DNA of 64,000 bases from Octopus vulgaris (Eukaryota), in contig OX597825.1 of assembly GCA_951406725.2 (NCBI GenBank), forward strand, positions 74,958,001-75,022,000, read 5' to 3'. The position numbers were made by a program, and so were the translations under genes. The notes below the pieces were generated by a model. The model was given only the letters and a program-made list of their open reading frames with translations. It searched no databases and was not told the DNA's origin. Positions 52,265-64,000 of this stretch are shown in pieces (the stretch's first letter is position 1; each line of letters opens with the position of its first letter).

Positions 52265-52560
52265 TCCTCCAAAGCATCTCTGGGGTAATGTTATTTGACA
52301 AGGAGCATAGCTTGGAAATCAGGGGATCTCTCAAGGCCAAACTGCTATGTCTTTGCATTGAGAGTTCATGGCTCTGGTACTACAGACATGTGATTAAAAT
52401 GTTGTAACTAGCAGGAGGCCTAGGGGTGGATCAAGAGCAAGCTGGTTCTTCTTGGTCAGGAACAAGATAGTTCAATTGGTCAAACTTGGGAATCCGTCCA
52501 GAAAGTGTAAATACAGTTGCTTATAAGATCCTATGGAATAGGTGCTTGAGAACTCCGACT
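52265..52560 (+). mobile_element. Ancient RTE-clade LINE fragment, same family as 11010-11270
   Basis: ISGVMLFDKEHSLEIRGSLKAKLLCLCIESSWLWYYRHVIKML*, then in another frame TSRRPRGGSRASW. Confidence 0.72.
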
Positions 52561-53094
52561 CCATGACTCTCCCGCCTCCCCTGGGAATAGTGGGCAGAGA
52601 AAATGGATGGATGGATGGATGATCAGTGTAAAAGTTGAGTAAAAAAGCAAGGATTTGTGGTTAATGTTATTTACAGCTAACCATTGTCTTATTTTTAGCT
52701 GCTTACAACTAGGTTTATTGGTAAACATCTGTTTAAAGGCGGCGGTGGTGGTAATGGCAGTGATGTTGTATTCAAAGAGCTTATTTAATGAGTGGTTACA
52801 TTTTAATTAGCTCGTACTTAAAGTGCGACAAAAGAAAACCACCACTACCATCAGGAAAACAGCAACAAATAAAACTTAGGACTCTGGAAATTTTTTTTTT
52901 TTTCTTTGTGGGTCAATGTTGAGTCATCTCTTTAGACTTGTGCCATTTCTACAGTTCCACTGACATTGATGTTGTTACCATAGATTGCTTTTTACTTTAT
53001 ATGGTGCTGTTGTGACTAGAGAATTGTGAAAGGAGTCTTAGAACAGCATTAATGACTTTCCTCCTCATCAATTATCCTTGAGGCAAATAATGAA

Positions 53095-53141
<47 letters not shown>

Positions 53142-53929
53142 AGTGGTGAGTTGGTTAGAATCGTTAGCATGCCAGACATTAATGCATAATGGCATTTTGC
53201 CTGTCTTTGTGATCTGAGTTCAAATTCCTCTAAAGTCAGCTTTACTTTTCATCCTCTTGGGGCTGGAGTACCAGTCAAATACTGAGCATGATGTGTTTGA
53301 CTAGTTATTAGCCTGCAAACTTTCAGGCCTTGTACCTAAAGAAGAAAGGATTATTGTCCTCTCTGTGTTTGGCCCCATGTGTGTAGTAAAGAAATATATA
53401 TAATTATTATTATTATGGCTTGAAACTCCCCCTCCCCTTCCTTCTGAAGTTGATGTCAACAGCATACCCACTCCTCTCATAATTGTTGGCATTGTGCCAA
53501 AATTTGAAGCCATTAAAGGTACCAAGCTGAAACGAGTAATAAAACCCCACAGAAGTTACATACTGAAATATGAAACTTAGAAAATAGCATTGCAAGTGAG
53601 GAGAAATATCAATCATCTGTTGTTGTGACAATAGTTTTGAAATATTGTGGAATTTGTATTCAGTCAATTGTGTGACTTTCTGAAATGTTAAAATCATTTG
53701 TGGTCAGGCAACAAGGAGAGGAAGACGTGTAGGTGTTCACATGTCCTGAAGTGTGTTTCCCAGTTTTCTACTTCAGCTCCGATGCTAAAACGAATGTTGT
53801 CATATTAAATAAAACGTCGTACTTTCAAGTATTAATAACAACATAGGCTAATAAAAACAGTGTATTAATATCAAATAAATATTATACATATATATATATA
53901 TATATACATACATACATACATACATACAC

Positions 53930-53994
<65 letters not shown>

Positions 53995-56346
53995 TAAGAT
54001 ATCTTCTACCTGTGTAATGTTAATGTTTTTCATATCAATATAATTAATAATGCCAAATATTTAATTATTTGTGGTTCAGGTGAATGCAGTGCGTTGGTCT
54101 TTCAGTTTTTCATTTATTTATTAGTAATGAAACCCCCCTCTGACTCATTCTCCGTTTAGAATACATGTGAAGTGGTTTGTTAGTCCTTTATTAAAGGTTT
54201 CTGTTATTAAGTATGCATCATATATGTAAACGCACAGTTAAAAACACGCACACACATACATACATACATACAGTTGTGAGAATGTGGAAATTTTTTTTCA
54301 AGCTGGTTTGTTTAGTTTTTGTTTTCTTTATTGTTTATTTAGTTTGCTATTTTGATTTAGTTTTAGCTTATTTTGATACCAGCCTGTGTGTGACAACACT
54401 TGGTTCTATGTATGATACATGCTTCCTGATTTAGAGTGATTTAAACTGAAGTTGTCCAATGAAAATTTCATGTTAATCTATGCTCTAAACACCAGCTGAA
54501 TAATGACAAAGATCATCATCATCATCATCGTTTAGCATCCGCTTTCCATGCTAGCATGGGTTGGACGGTTCAACTGGGGTCTGGGAAGCCAGAAGGCTGC
54601 ACCAGGCCCAGTCTGATCTGGCAATGTTTCTTGGCTGGATGCCCTTCCTAACGCCATATATGTATGTATGTATGTATAGACACTGTCTTGAGGAAAGTAA
54701 TGATAATAGTCAAGTTCAGAGTAGCACTGGAGTGAAATCTCAACTTCAAACAGATGAATATACATTAAAGATATCTTACAAAATTCTTTATTTGCTTCAA
54801 AATTAATTGAAACAAAAGCAGTGTAGCTCAACATATATATGGTGACAAAAGGGTTAAGTACTATGTGTGATTTGGATATTGGTGAAAAGGAATGTATGAG
54901 ATTATGTATGTGCCTCGTTGTGTGATTGTGTTGGGGGAGGAAGGAGAGAAGTAGGGTTTTTATATGTAGGATGTGTGTGTCTATTAGTTGGTGCAGTTGA
55001 TTGTAGGGAGGACACGTAGCCTAGTGGTTAGGATGTTGCACTCATAAATCATGAAATTGTGGGTTCAGTTTCCAGGCTGGGTGGTACATTGTGTTCTTGA
55101 GCAAACCACTTCATTTAGTGTTGCTCTACATTCACTTTGACTTCTACACCGGGCACCTGTGTAGGTAATATTAGTTCAGTGGAGAGATTGAGCTTATATG
55201 CCGTACAAACATTTGATCACTATAAACAAATGATTTGTTCTGCAATAAAATGCAGTACTGTCTTTCTTAGGCTTTGAAAGACTTACCACTTTAATAGTTA
55301 ATTATGTGTATAGATCTAGGTGAGTGTATACAGGTGTAAATATGAACGAAATGCACTGGGAGTGGTAGAGCTGGTTAATGGGACAATAGAATCAAATAAT
55401 CCTACCTCATATACACATTCAAGCGCCACACCCATTCAAAATTTCTCCCTTTTATTCTTTTCATACCACTCCTCTCTCTGCTTGTCCCCCACCTGTGACT
55501 ATGGTAGAGTATCTCCAAGGTTTGAACTCTACTTTCACGCTACATAAGATTCAAGCAAACCCATATAAATAGTGTTCTTAGCAAAGAAACATATTTCAAC
55601 TTGTGTTTAGATATTTAATGAATTCTCTAACTTTAGGCTCTCCTCTTCCACTGATCCCACTACATATTGCTTGTTTCCGAGCAGGGTAATATTTCCCCAT
55701 GGACAGGCATGTTTTCATGGAACATAGGAGACTAATGATATTGCTTGTATGACAGTAAAACTTGTTTACAATTATCACAAGATATCAAAACAAGAAGGTA
55801 CAACTCTACCACACACTGGGCTTCAGTTTCCATCTACCAAATCCACTTAAAGGATTTCGTCAACCCAGGGCTATAGTGGAAAGAAGACATTTGGACAATG
55901 TACCTTGCAGTGGAACTGAACCAGAAACCAAACTTCTCAACCACATAGCTTTGGGTTCATTTCAACTGCATGGTATCTTGGACAAGTATCTTCTGGGTGA
56001 TCGATGCCTTATGAGGAAATTTGGTAGGTGGAAACTTAAAGAAGTCTAGTGTGTGTGTGTGTGTGTGTGTGTGAATATTTACAGTTACAGCTACAAAGGC
56101 TGTCACAACTATGTTGCAACTGGTAACATTTGTTGACATTTTCTGACACTTGGAAAATAGGTGTTGGTTGATGACAAGAAAAGCATCTGGCCGGGAAAAT
56201 CCTACTGACACTCACAACTATTACTTGATGTCAAAGTAAGGAAACTGTAACACATGTACACATACATACATATATATATATATATATATGCAATGGGCTT
56301 CTTTTAGTTTCTGTCTAACAAATCTACTGTAACCCGAGATGATAGT

Positions 56347-56558
56347 CGACGATGGGTTACGACGATCAAGGAGGACCTCTCCGTGCTCACAGGAACGCAG
56401 GTGGTCGGCCTGCGCCGATGGAACCGTGACTGGCTCGCTATCTCCAGTGAACTGGCGCAGGACCATCGTGCATGGGCTACCATGGTTCGAGATGCCTCGA
56501 GGGTAGTAGAAGAAGCTGACTCAACCCACCCAGGGTGAATGTCAGTACAAGTAAGTAA
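56347..56558 (+). mobile_element. Young 5'-truncated RTE-clade LINE 3' end with perfect 11-bp TSD
   Basis: TSD GAGATGATAGT at 56336-56346 and 56559-56569. Uninterrupted frame 56347-56538 RRWVTTIKEDLSVLTGTQVVGLRRWNRDWLAISSELAQDHRAWATMVRDASRVVEEADSTHPG*; (AAGT)n tail. Interrupts a family B SINE. Confidence 0.85.
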
Positions 56559-57264
56559 GAGATGATAGTAGAAGACACATGCCCAAGGTGCTGCCATGCA
56601 GTGAGATTGAACCAAAACCTTGTGGTTGGGAAGCAAACTTCTTATCTATAAAAAATATTCACCTAACAAAACACCTAAAACAAATATTTGTCATCAAAAT
56701 GATAATGAATCTTTGTTGCAGATGATTTTGGGATTTCTTTTGTCTTTGTTCCATATAGTTACCATAGTTACCGTATAGTTAATGGTTTCATTGTTATAGT
56801 TCTCTCTCCCTCTCTCCAAAACCACAAATAACTAAACAAAACAAGAAATTTTTTTTTATTAATTACAAAACTATATTTAGAGAATGGAGAGGTGGAATTG
56901 AAAAATCTAAAGGATTTTATTGTCATGCCTTCACCTTGTCTCAGCCCACGTTCCACACAATCATTACATGGCATATCATTTGTTTATTATTCTCAGACAT
57001 GTCACATCCCTGAAACCTGCATCTTTAGGAGTCACTTGTGGTTATATTCCGAGCAGTAGAATCTCTTAATTTCCTTCTTGATTTCTCATTTATTGAAACC
57101 TCATTGCAATCAGAAGAAATGAGTGGGGTGTGTGTGTATGGAATGGAGTGAAGAATTGTTATGACTAATTTACAATTAAAAGTGAAGTTGTTCCAAATGG
57201 AGCTTGAAACGGGGTTAAAAATTCACTTTATATTAGGGAAGCCTCTTACTACATAAAAAAATGT

Positions 57265-57296
<32 letters not shown>

Positions 57297-57680
57297 GCAG
57301 CACTTAGAGAACACAAATCTCCGCCCATGCAACACCAACGTCCTCTCAACGATTAACCGGAGATGATTTTTAAAATGAGAATATCTGAAATAAATCCTTC
57401 AATGAATATCATGAGACCTTTTGGTTTTCTTTTCTCTTAATTTCCAGACTTCCTTTAGTAATCCTGTTGTTTTAGATTGATGTATAGAATTATGTATGTA
57501 TGTAAGTATACTGTAAAGTGTTAAAATGTATGTACAATCTCCTAATATAATAATGAATCATATCTTTTTATATATTTGTGTGTGTATATATATATTTGTA
57601 TATAGATATATATTTGTTTATGTGTATATATATGTGTATATATATATATATTTTTTTATATATATATAAATAAATAAAAT

Positions 57681-57935
57681 AGAGCTGGAATGAGAGTGGT
57701 TAAGAGCGCAGGCTACTAACCCCAACATTCTGAGTTTGATTCCAGGCAGTGACCTGAATAATAGTAATAATAATAATACTAATAATAATATCGAAAAATA
57801 CCTTAGAAATGAGAACCCCCGGTTCAAAATTTCCCCAAGACACCTGAATAAGGCTGGAGGGTATATCAGCCAAAACATTGTGTTAACAACAAACAAAATG
57901 AGGACAAATTTATCCGTTGAGTGTAAATAATGAAA
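57681..57935 (+). mobile_element. tRNA-headed short element carrying a degenerate hammerhead ribozyme motif
   Basis: tRNA-like head GAGTGGTTAAGAGCGCAGGCTACTAACCCC...GAGTTTGATTCC (57694-57743), (AAT)n spacer, then the hammerhead-like fold at 57839-57884. Preceded by (TA)n. Confidence 0.6.
57839..57884 (+). ncRNA. Mutated minimal type I hammerhead ribozyme (Penelope-type)
   Basis: GACAC-CTGAATA-A-GGCTG-GAGGGTATAT-CAGCC-AAAAC-ATT-GTGTT: stem I GACAC/GTGTT and stem II GGCTG/CAGCC. Three substitutions from CTGAAGA...GAAAC-GTT, two of them CpG>CpA. Confidence 0.6.
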
Positions 57936-58040
57936 ATTTTGCAATTTATACCCTTAAAATCAGATTAATAATGATATAATTATCATACTAAACTCTTAAT
58001 TAATTGCAACAAATGCAGGGTATTTCAACAAAATATTCTT

Positions 58041-58418
58041 TATTCTTTTTTGTTTTAATCATTTGACTGCGGTCATGCTAGAGCATTGCTTTTATTCAAA
58101 CAAATTAACCCCAGGACTTATTCTATCAGTCTCTTTAGCCGAACCGCTAAGTTACAGGAACGTAAATACACCAGCATTGGTTGTCAAATGATGGTGGTGG
58201 TGGGAGATAAACACAGACACACAAACATATACATACATTCATATATATATATATATGATGGGCTTCTTTTAGTTTCCGTCTATCAAATCCACTCACAAGG
58301 CTTTGTTCAGCCTGAGGCTATAGTGAAAGAAACTTACCTCAGCTGCCATGCAGTGGGACTGAACCCAGAACCATGTGGTTGGCAAGCAAGCTTCTTACCA
58401 CAGAGCCACACCTGCACC
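58041..58418 (-). mobile_element. SINE family B copy
   Basis: Homologous to 9431-9821. Confidence 0.82.
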
Positions 58419-58660
58419 TAGAAAATTTAAATATGGTAACGAAAGAGTTAAGGAAGCACCTCATCAGAAAATTAAAATATTGACAAACTCTAAATTGAAA
58501 CAGGGTCATAATCTCAACTCATTTGGAGTTTTTACATGTAATAAGGTAGCTGGTGACAGCGGTGAGGGTGTGTGATAATAGACGCAGTCAAAATGTCAAA
58601 TAGAGAAAATTCTTTCAGACATGAGTCTTAATCGAAAATATTTTATATTGGAATGCCGCT

Positions 58661-59066
58661 GAGTGGCTGTGTGGTAAGTAGCTTGTTTACCAACCACATG
58701 GTTCCGGGTTCAGTCCCACTGCGTGGCACCTTGGGCAAGTGTCTTCTACTATAGCCTCGGGCCGACCAAAGCCTTGTGAGTGGATTTGGTAGATGGAAAC
58801 TGAAAGAAGCCTGTCGTATATATGTATATATATATATGCGTGTGTGTGTTTGTGTGTCTGTATTTGTCCCCCTAGCATTGCTTGACAACCGATGCTGGTG
58901 TGTTTATGTCCCCGTTACTTAGCGGTTCGGCAAAAGAGACCGATAAAATAAGTACTGGGCTTACAAAAGAATAAGTCCCGGGGTCGAGTTGCTCGATTAA
59001 AGGTGGTGCTCCAGCATGGCCGCAGTCAAATGACTGAAACAAGTAAAAGAGTAAAGAGTAAGAGTA
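58661..59066 (+). mobile_element. SINE family B young copy
   Basis: Near-identical to 20480-20894 and to the reverse complement of 9431-9821; (GAGTAA)n tail. Confidence 0.9.
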
Positions 59067-60282
59067 ACGTCCAGTGTAAGCCACTTCACTCTGCACAACT
59101 CCTCTGCATTCCAGTCAACTTCAGCCACTGTTTGCTACCACTCCATCTAACCACTTTCTACTCCATCACCACCACCACCGCCACCAGCATCATCTCAGAG
59201 GTTCGTCGGGGAATGCCAACTGAGTCATCTCGTTTCCATTGATTGATCAATAAAGCAGAGACGGATAACACAAGAAACATCAGTTGTTTGTTGTAAAAAT
59301 ATTTCCTCTCGCTGCACAGGAATGCATCCTCTTTTGCATCTTGCATATTACTATAGCATCAATGAATGCAAGTAGTGAATATGATGGGGGGAGGGGGGAG
59401 TGTAGATGAAGGCGTGTGTATGTATGTGTGTGTGTGTGTGTTTGATGTAATGGTATTGGTAATGGTGGAATGTGGTAGCGAAGAGAGGATGGATGGATGG
59501 TAGGGTTTGTGGTGTATGACAGCAGGTTTGATAGTTGCAGCATGAGAATAATGGTTGTTGCTCTTTCGCCACAGGTTAATGTTGATTGAACAGACCTATG
59601 ATCAAAGGCATTCCTACCATGACCATCCCATCTTTGATGAAATTTGTAGGACTGTATTATGTAATGTGTCCTTTCCTTATTTAAAAGACTAGTGGTGGTG
59701 ATTGTAGAATAGTGAGTGTAGTGGTGTTGGTAGTAGTAGATTGATGGAGATGGTAGTGACAAGAGGTTACAGTGTGGTGGAGACAGTGGTGGTGGTGGTG
59801 GTAGTAGCGATGGTGGTGTGGTGTTGGTAGTGATTGATAATGGTGGAGGTAGTTGCAGTAGTAGTTGTGGTAGGGGTCATAGGGTGGTGAAGACAGTGTT
59901 ATCGGTAGTTATGTTATGGTGGTGGTGATGGTTGTAGTGTAGTGAAGACCTCTGCTCCCTACCTTCACCTCGGTAGTGATGGTGGCAGGATGATGGTAGA
60001 CTGTCTGCTGTGATAGCTATGATAGATTGAGATACCCTGCTTCCTTTATACCATTCCTTTATAAAATAAGAAAAGGAACTAAAACAAAACAAAACAAAAC
60101 AAAAACACTTGCTTCTGTCCCCCTCCCCCCCCGCACACACATCCCAGTCTAGAGAGGAAGTGTAGCTGGTGGGGGGATGAGATAAGGGTAGGGTTGGGTT
60201 GGGGTGGGTTTTTTTTGATAACTTATTTGTTTTTGATTTTTGTTTTGTTTTTATGTATTTTTTGTTCATTTGTCATGTTTAT

Positions 60283-60324
<42 letters not shown>

Positions 60325-60700
60325 CTGTGCCTGTGTGCGTGTGTGCTGCCAGCTGAAAGAATCCTTGTTTTAGCATTTCAAGTTGCCTTCAATGCCAGCT
60401 GTAGCAGAGCAGGGGATAGACATAAAGGGGCAAAAGGTAAATAAATCTGTGGGTGCCTTCATAGTCTTCCTCCCCACTTTTTTTAACCCAGCTTTCATAT
60501 TTTTCTCATTTCCTTTTCTTGGCTCATGCCTTTGCTGGTCAGGGTAATCTTGGATCTGTAGGATTCCTTAATTGGCCCTTGTTGAATGCTGAGGCTATAG
60601 CAGAAGTCTCTTGCCCAAGGTGCCATGCAGTGGGACTGAACCTGGGGCCATGTGGTTGGTAAGCAAGCTACTTACCACACAGCCACTCCTACGTATACTA

Positions 60701-61098
60701 TTTTACTATTTTACTTGTTTCAGTCACTTGACTGTGGCCATGCTGGAGCACCGCCTTTAGTCGAGCAAATCGACCCCAGGACTTATTCTTTGTAAGCCTA
60801 GTACTTATTCTATCGGTTTCTTTTGCCGAACCGCTAAGTTACGGGGGATGTAAACACACCAGCATCGGTTGTCAAGCGATGTTGGGGGGATAAACACAGA
60901 CACACAAACATATACACACACATACATATATACATATATACGATGGGCTTCTTTCAGCTTCCGTCTACCAAATCCACTCACAAGGCTTTGGTCGGCCCCA
61001 GGCTATAGTAGAAGACACTTGCCCAAGGTGCCATGTAGTGGGACTGAACCTGGGACTATGTGGTTCGTAAGCAAGCTACTTACCACACAGCCACTCCT
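60701..61098 (-). mobile_element. SINE family B young copy, with an adjacent partial copy at 60590-60690
   Basis: Full-length homology to the family B copies above. Confidence 0.88.
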
Positions 61099-61732
61099 AT
61101 GTATATATATGTTTAGATTTTTTTTATTTTCAAAAAATATAAACAAAAAAATATAGTGATATCCTGTGTGTGTTGTGTGTGTATTGCATGCCTGACACTT
61201 TGAATTTATAAATGTTCTCTGTAAGATATTTTGTTTGAAAGCCTGTGAGTTGTTTATTATTTCATGTTAATTAAATTAAATAAAATTTATTAGTTTCTTT
61301 TGGGTTTTGATTACCCATCATATATTGAAATAATTAAAATACATGGTAGATAAAACGTTTTCTTTACTCGGATGTAATAACTCTGACTTTTTATAATGGA
61401 CACTGGCTATCTAACATACACTTGAAAAAAATAATCAACATGCTCATAAACAAACACACATGAGCACGTGTGTGCACAGACACACTCTCTCTCTGATAGA
61501 CAGACTTCTCTTGATTCCAAGTCAGTGATTACTTCAACAGAAATGAGATGATGTAAATACTCTTATGAAAGATAGCCATTCAAATGAAGTAAAACATGAA
61601 AAAAATGATTTAGGCATATAAGAATATAAAGAAAAATTAAGGAGAAATGGAAATAAATATTGCATACAGTGTTGTCCTTTGTCCTCTCTTCCTTCGTCAA
61701 CATCTTCGTTGTTTGTGTCAATTCAATATTTA

Positions 61733-62090
61733 TTTAAGTTAAGTTAATCTTTTGGCTCAAAAAGCAAAAAAGCAAGGCCATGTAGGGGTACATGGAGTTA
61801 TGTACAGGGAGGGTGTTCATACAAAGAGTTCAGGCCATTTCTGGTCAAGAGAGACTTTGAACCAAGCGATCGTCGGTATCTTCACTATCTTGTCCGGCAG
61901 CTTATTCCACGGATCCGCAACCCAGACGGAGAAAGCCCCCTCTCCTTCGATTGAGATGAAATCGTCGTAGATAGAGCTTTTTGGAGTGACCCCGCAGCCG
62001 ATTCTCTGGAGCAGGAGTGAAGAACAGCTCTTTCGAGAGGTTACACTTTCCGCTTATGATGTGAGCAAGAATGAGATCACCACGGTGTTG
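61733..62090 (-). mobile_element. 5'-truncated CR1-clade LINE (second family)
   Basis: Minus translation HRGDLILAHIISGKCNLSKELFFTPAPENRLRGHSKKLYLRRFHLNRRRG / +1 frameshift in a G run / AFSVWVADPWNKLPDKIVKIPTIAWFKVSLDQKWPELFV*; RGDLI, LRGH and WNKLP motifs; (AACTT)n tail. Confidence 0.88.
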
Positions 62091-64000
62091 TCATTTTCCC
62101 CTTACGGTTGCAGGCTTGACTATGTAATTAAGAAGTTTGCTTTGCAACCATGTGGTTTTGGGTTCAGTCCCACTGCATGGCATCTTTGGTAAGTTTCTTC
62201 TATTATAGCCCCTGACTGACCAATGTCTTGTGAGTGAATGCGGTAAATGGAAACTGTATGAAAGCCCATTGTATGTGTGTGTGTGTGTGCATGCATGTGT
62301 AATATATAGCTTTACATGGAAACAGGTAAGGGTTGGTGACAAGGGCATCAGGCTGTAGAAAATCTGCCTCAGTAAACCCCATACAATCTATGCAAACAGA
62401 GAAAAGTGGACGTGAAGAAAACGGTGAATGATAATTGGTCTATTTGAGGTCAATTTTCCTCATTCATTTATTCTACTTAGACAAAGTCATAACACTCTGC
62501 AGGGAAGGAATCACAATGGGTTGAAATTTTGGGGGAAGAAGGGCCAGAGTCAGAGCAAGGTGTAGATTGAATAAATACCTTATGCAGCTGTCTTTTCCAA
62601 AGGAACAAATTTTAGTTTTGGTATATTTACTTAGTTACCTTTTTTCTTTCAGCCTTTTACTTGTTTCAGTTATTGGACTGTGGACATGCTGAGGTACTGC
62701 CTGGAAGAGTTTAGTTGAACAAATTGACCCCACACCATTTTCTTTGTAAAGCCTGGCACTTATTCTATAGGTCTCTTTTTGCCAAACCACTAAGTTACAG
62801 AGATGTAAACAAAGTCACACTGATTATTAAGCGTTGTAGGGGACAAACACAAAGGCGCACAATATTTAGCTGCTACAAGCTTCTTTTAGTTTCTGTCTAT
62901 CAAATCCACTCACAAGGCCTTGTTCAGCCTGGGGCTATAGCTGAAGACATTTGCATAAGGTGCCATACAGTGGGGCTGAACTCAAAGCCATGTGGTTGGG
63001 AGCCAAGCTTCTTACTACACAGCCAAGCCTGTGCCTAGCTGTTGAGGAATTTACAAATTTCTTGATGTGTGATAGATTTGTGAAATACAGTTGGCATTGA
63101 TTATACTTATTTATATGATACTATCAGAATCTAGGCAGGCCACATCTGCTGCAAACATTTGTCACCCAAGTTTGCAAATATAATTGAGAAAGAGTTGAAC
63201 ATCACACAAACACTTCATTTTTCCAACATTTCAATACAAAAGTTATTCAAGACTGCATTTTTAATATCAAAAAATAAAAGTTATTGTATTGAGTTAATAT
63301 GTGTATCTTGACCATGTGGAATTTATTTGTAAAAACAAACGCTGTCTAATTTTGTAGAATTAAACATTATGCAATATTAGCAAGCTATTAGTATTAAATT
63401 ACTGTTTGAGTGTATATAAGAAATTAGCAGACACGACAGTATTGCCTGTCTACATATAATATAAATGAATACAAATTTCCAGATGTGATTGTAGATGATC
63501 AAGTTTCAATGTATCATTGTAAAAAGACACTCTTGCATGCAAGGTAACAAGAAATTGCATATGTATCTCAGCACTTGTTCAGTTAATTTACTGATAATAG
63601 TATACTTTATAATGTTTTTCTTTCCATTGGAGCATCACTAAATAACATGAAAGGATAAGAGATTCTCTCTACATAGATTGACCTGTTAGAAATAAAAGCC
63701 AAATCTCCTTTAAGTTACACTATCCCAGCATTCTTAAAAAAAAAAGTGGCTTTTTTCTGTCTAAAGCACATAACCTAGCTGTTAGGGTATTGCACTCGTA
63801 TTCATCATCATCATCATCCTTCAACATTCATTTTCCATGCTGGCATGGGTTGGACAGTTTGGTCAAAGCTGGCAAGTAGGAGAGCTGCCCCAGGTTTCTG
63901 CCTGATTTGACTTGGTTTCTGCTGTTAGATACCCTTTCTAATGCCAACCACTTTACAGAGTGTGCTGGGTGCTTTTTATGTGGCACTGGTTTGGGTGCTG

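Noticed and set aside
63789-63800. TATTGCACTCGT match to the miR-92 5' end
   Set aside because: Part of a truncated SINE head; no hairpin.

Overview
AT-rich, microsatellite-dense eukaryotic DNA. The SINE repertoire and (TA/CA/CT/AAT)n load look like an Octopus (coleoid cephalopod) genome; this is recognised from memory, not searched. I find no convincing host protein-coding exon. All long ORFs come from low-complexity repeats or 3' fragments of non-LTR retrotransposons (RTE and CR1/Jockey-group). The first ~6.2 kb keeps its CpGs and holds two divergent candidate non-coding first exons (minus-strand donor at 504, plus-strand donor at 3183). The remaining ~58 kb is CpG-depleted and reads like one very large methylated intron filled with nested SINEs, piggyBac-like and hAT MITEs, Helentron-type elements and LINE remnants. 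Most notable: (1) a tRNA-headed short element ending in a decayed Penelope-type minimal hammerhead ribozyme (57681-57935); (2) a young CpG-rich RTE 3' end with a perfect 11-bp TSD (56347-56558); (3) an 89-bp-arm fold-back (10619-10810); (4) two apparently independent insertions of one SINE family at the same site in another; (5) several CpG-retaining, motif-dense unique islands that may be enhancers. Boundaries of old repeats are approximate.
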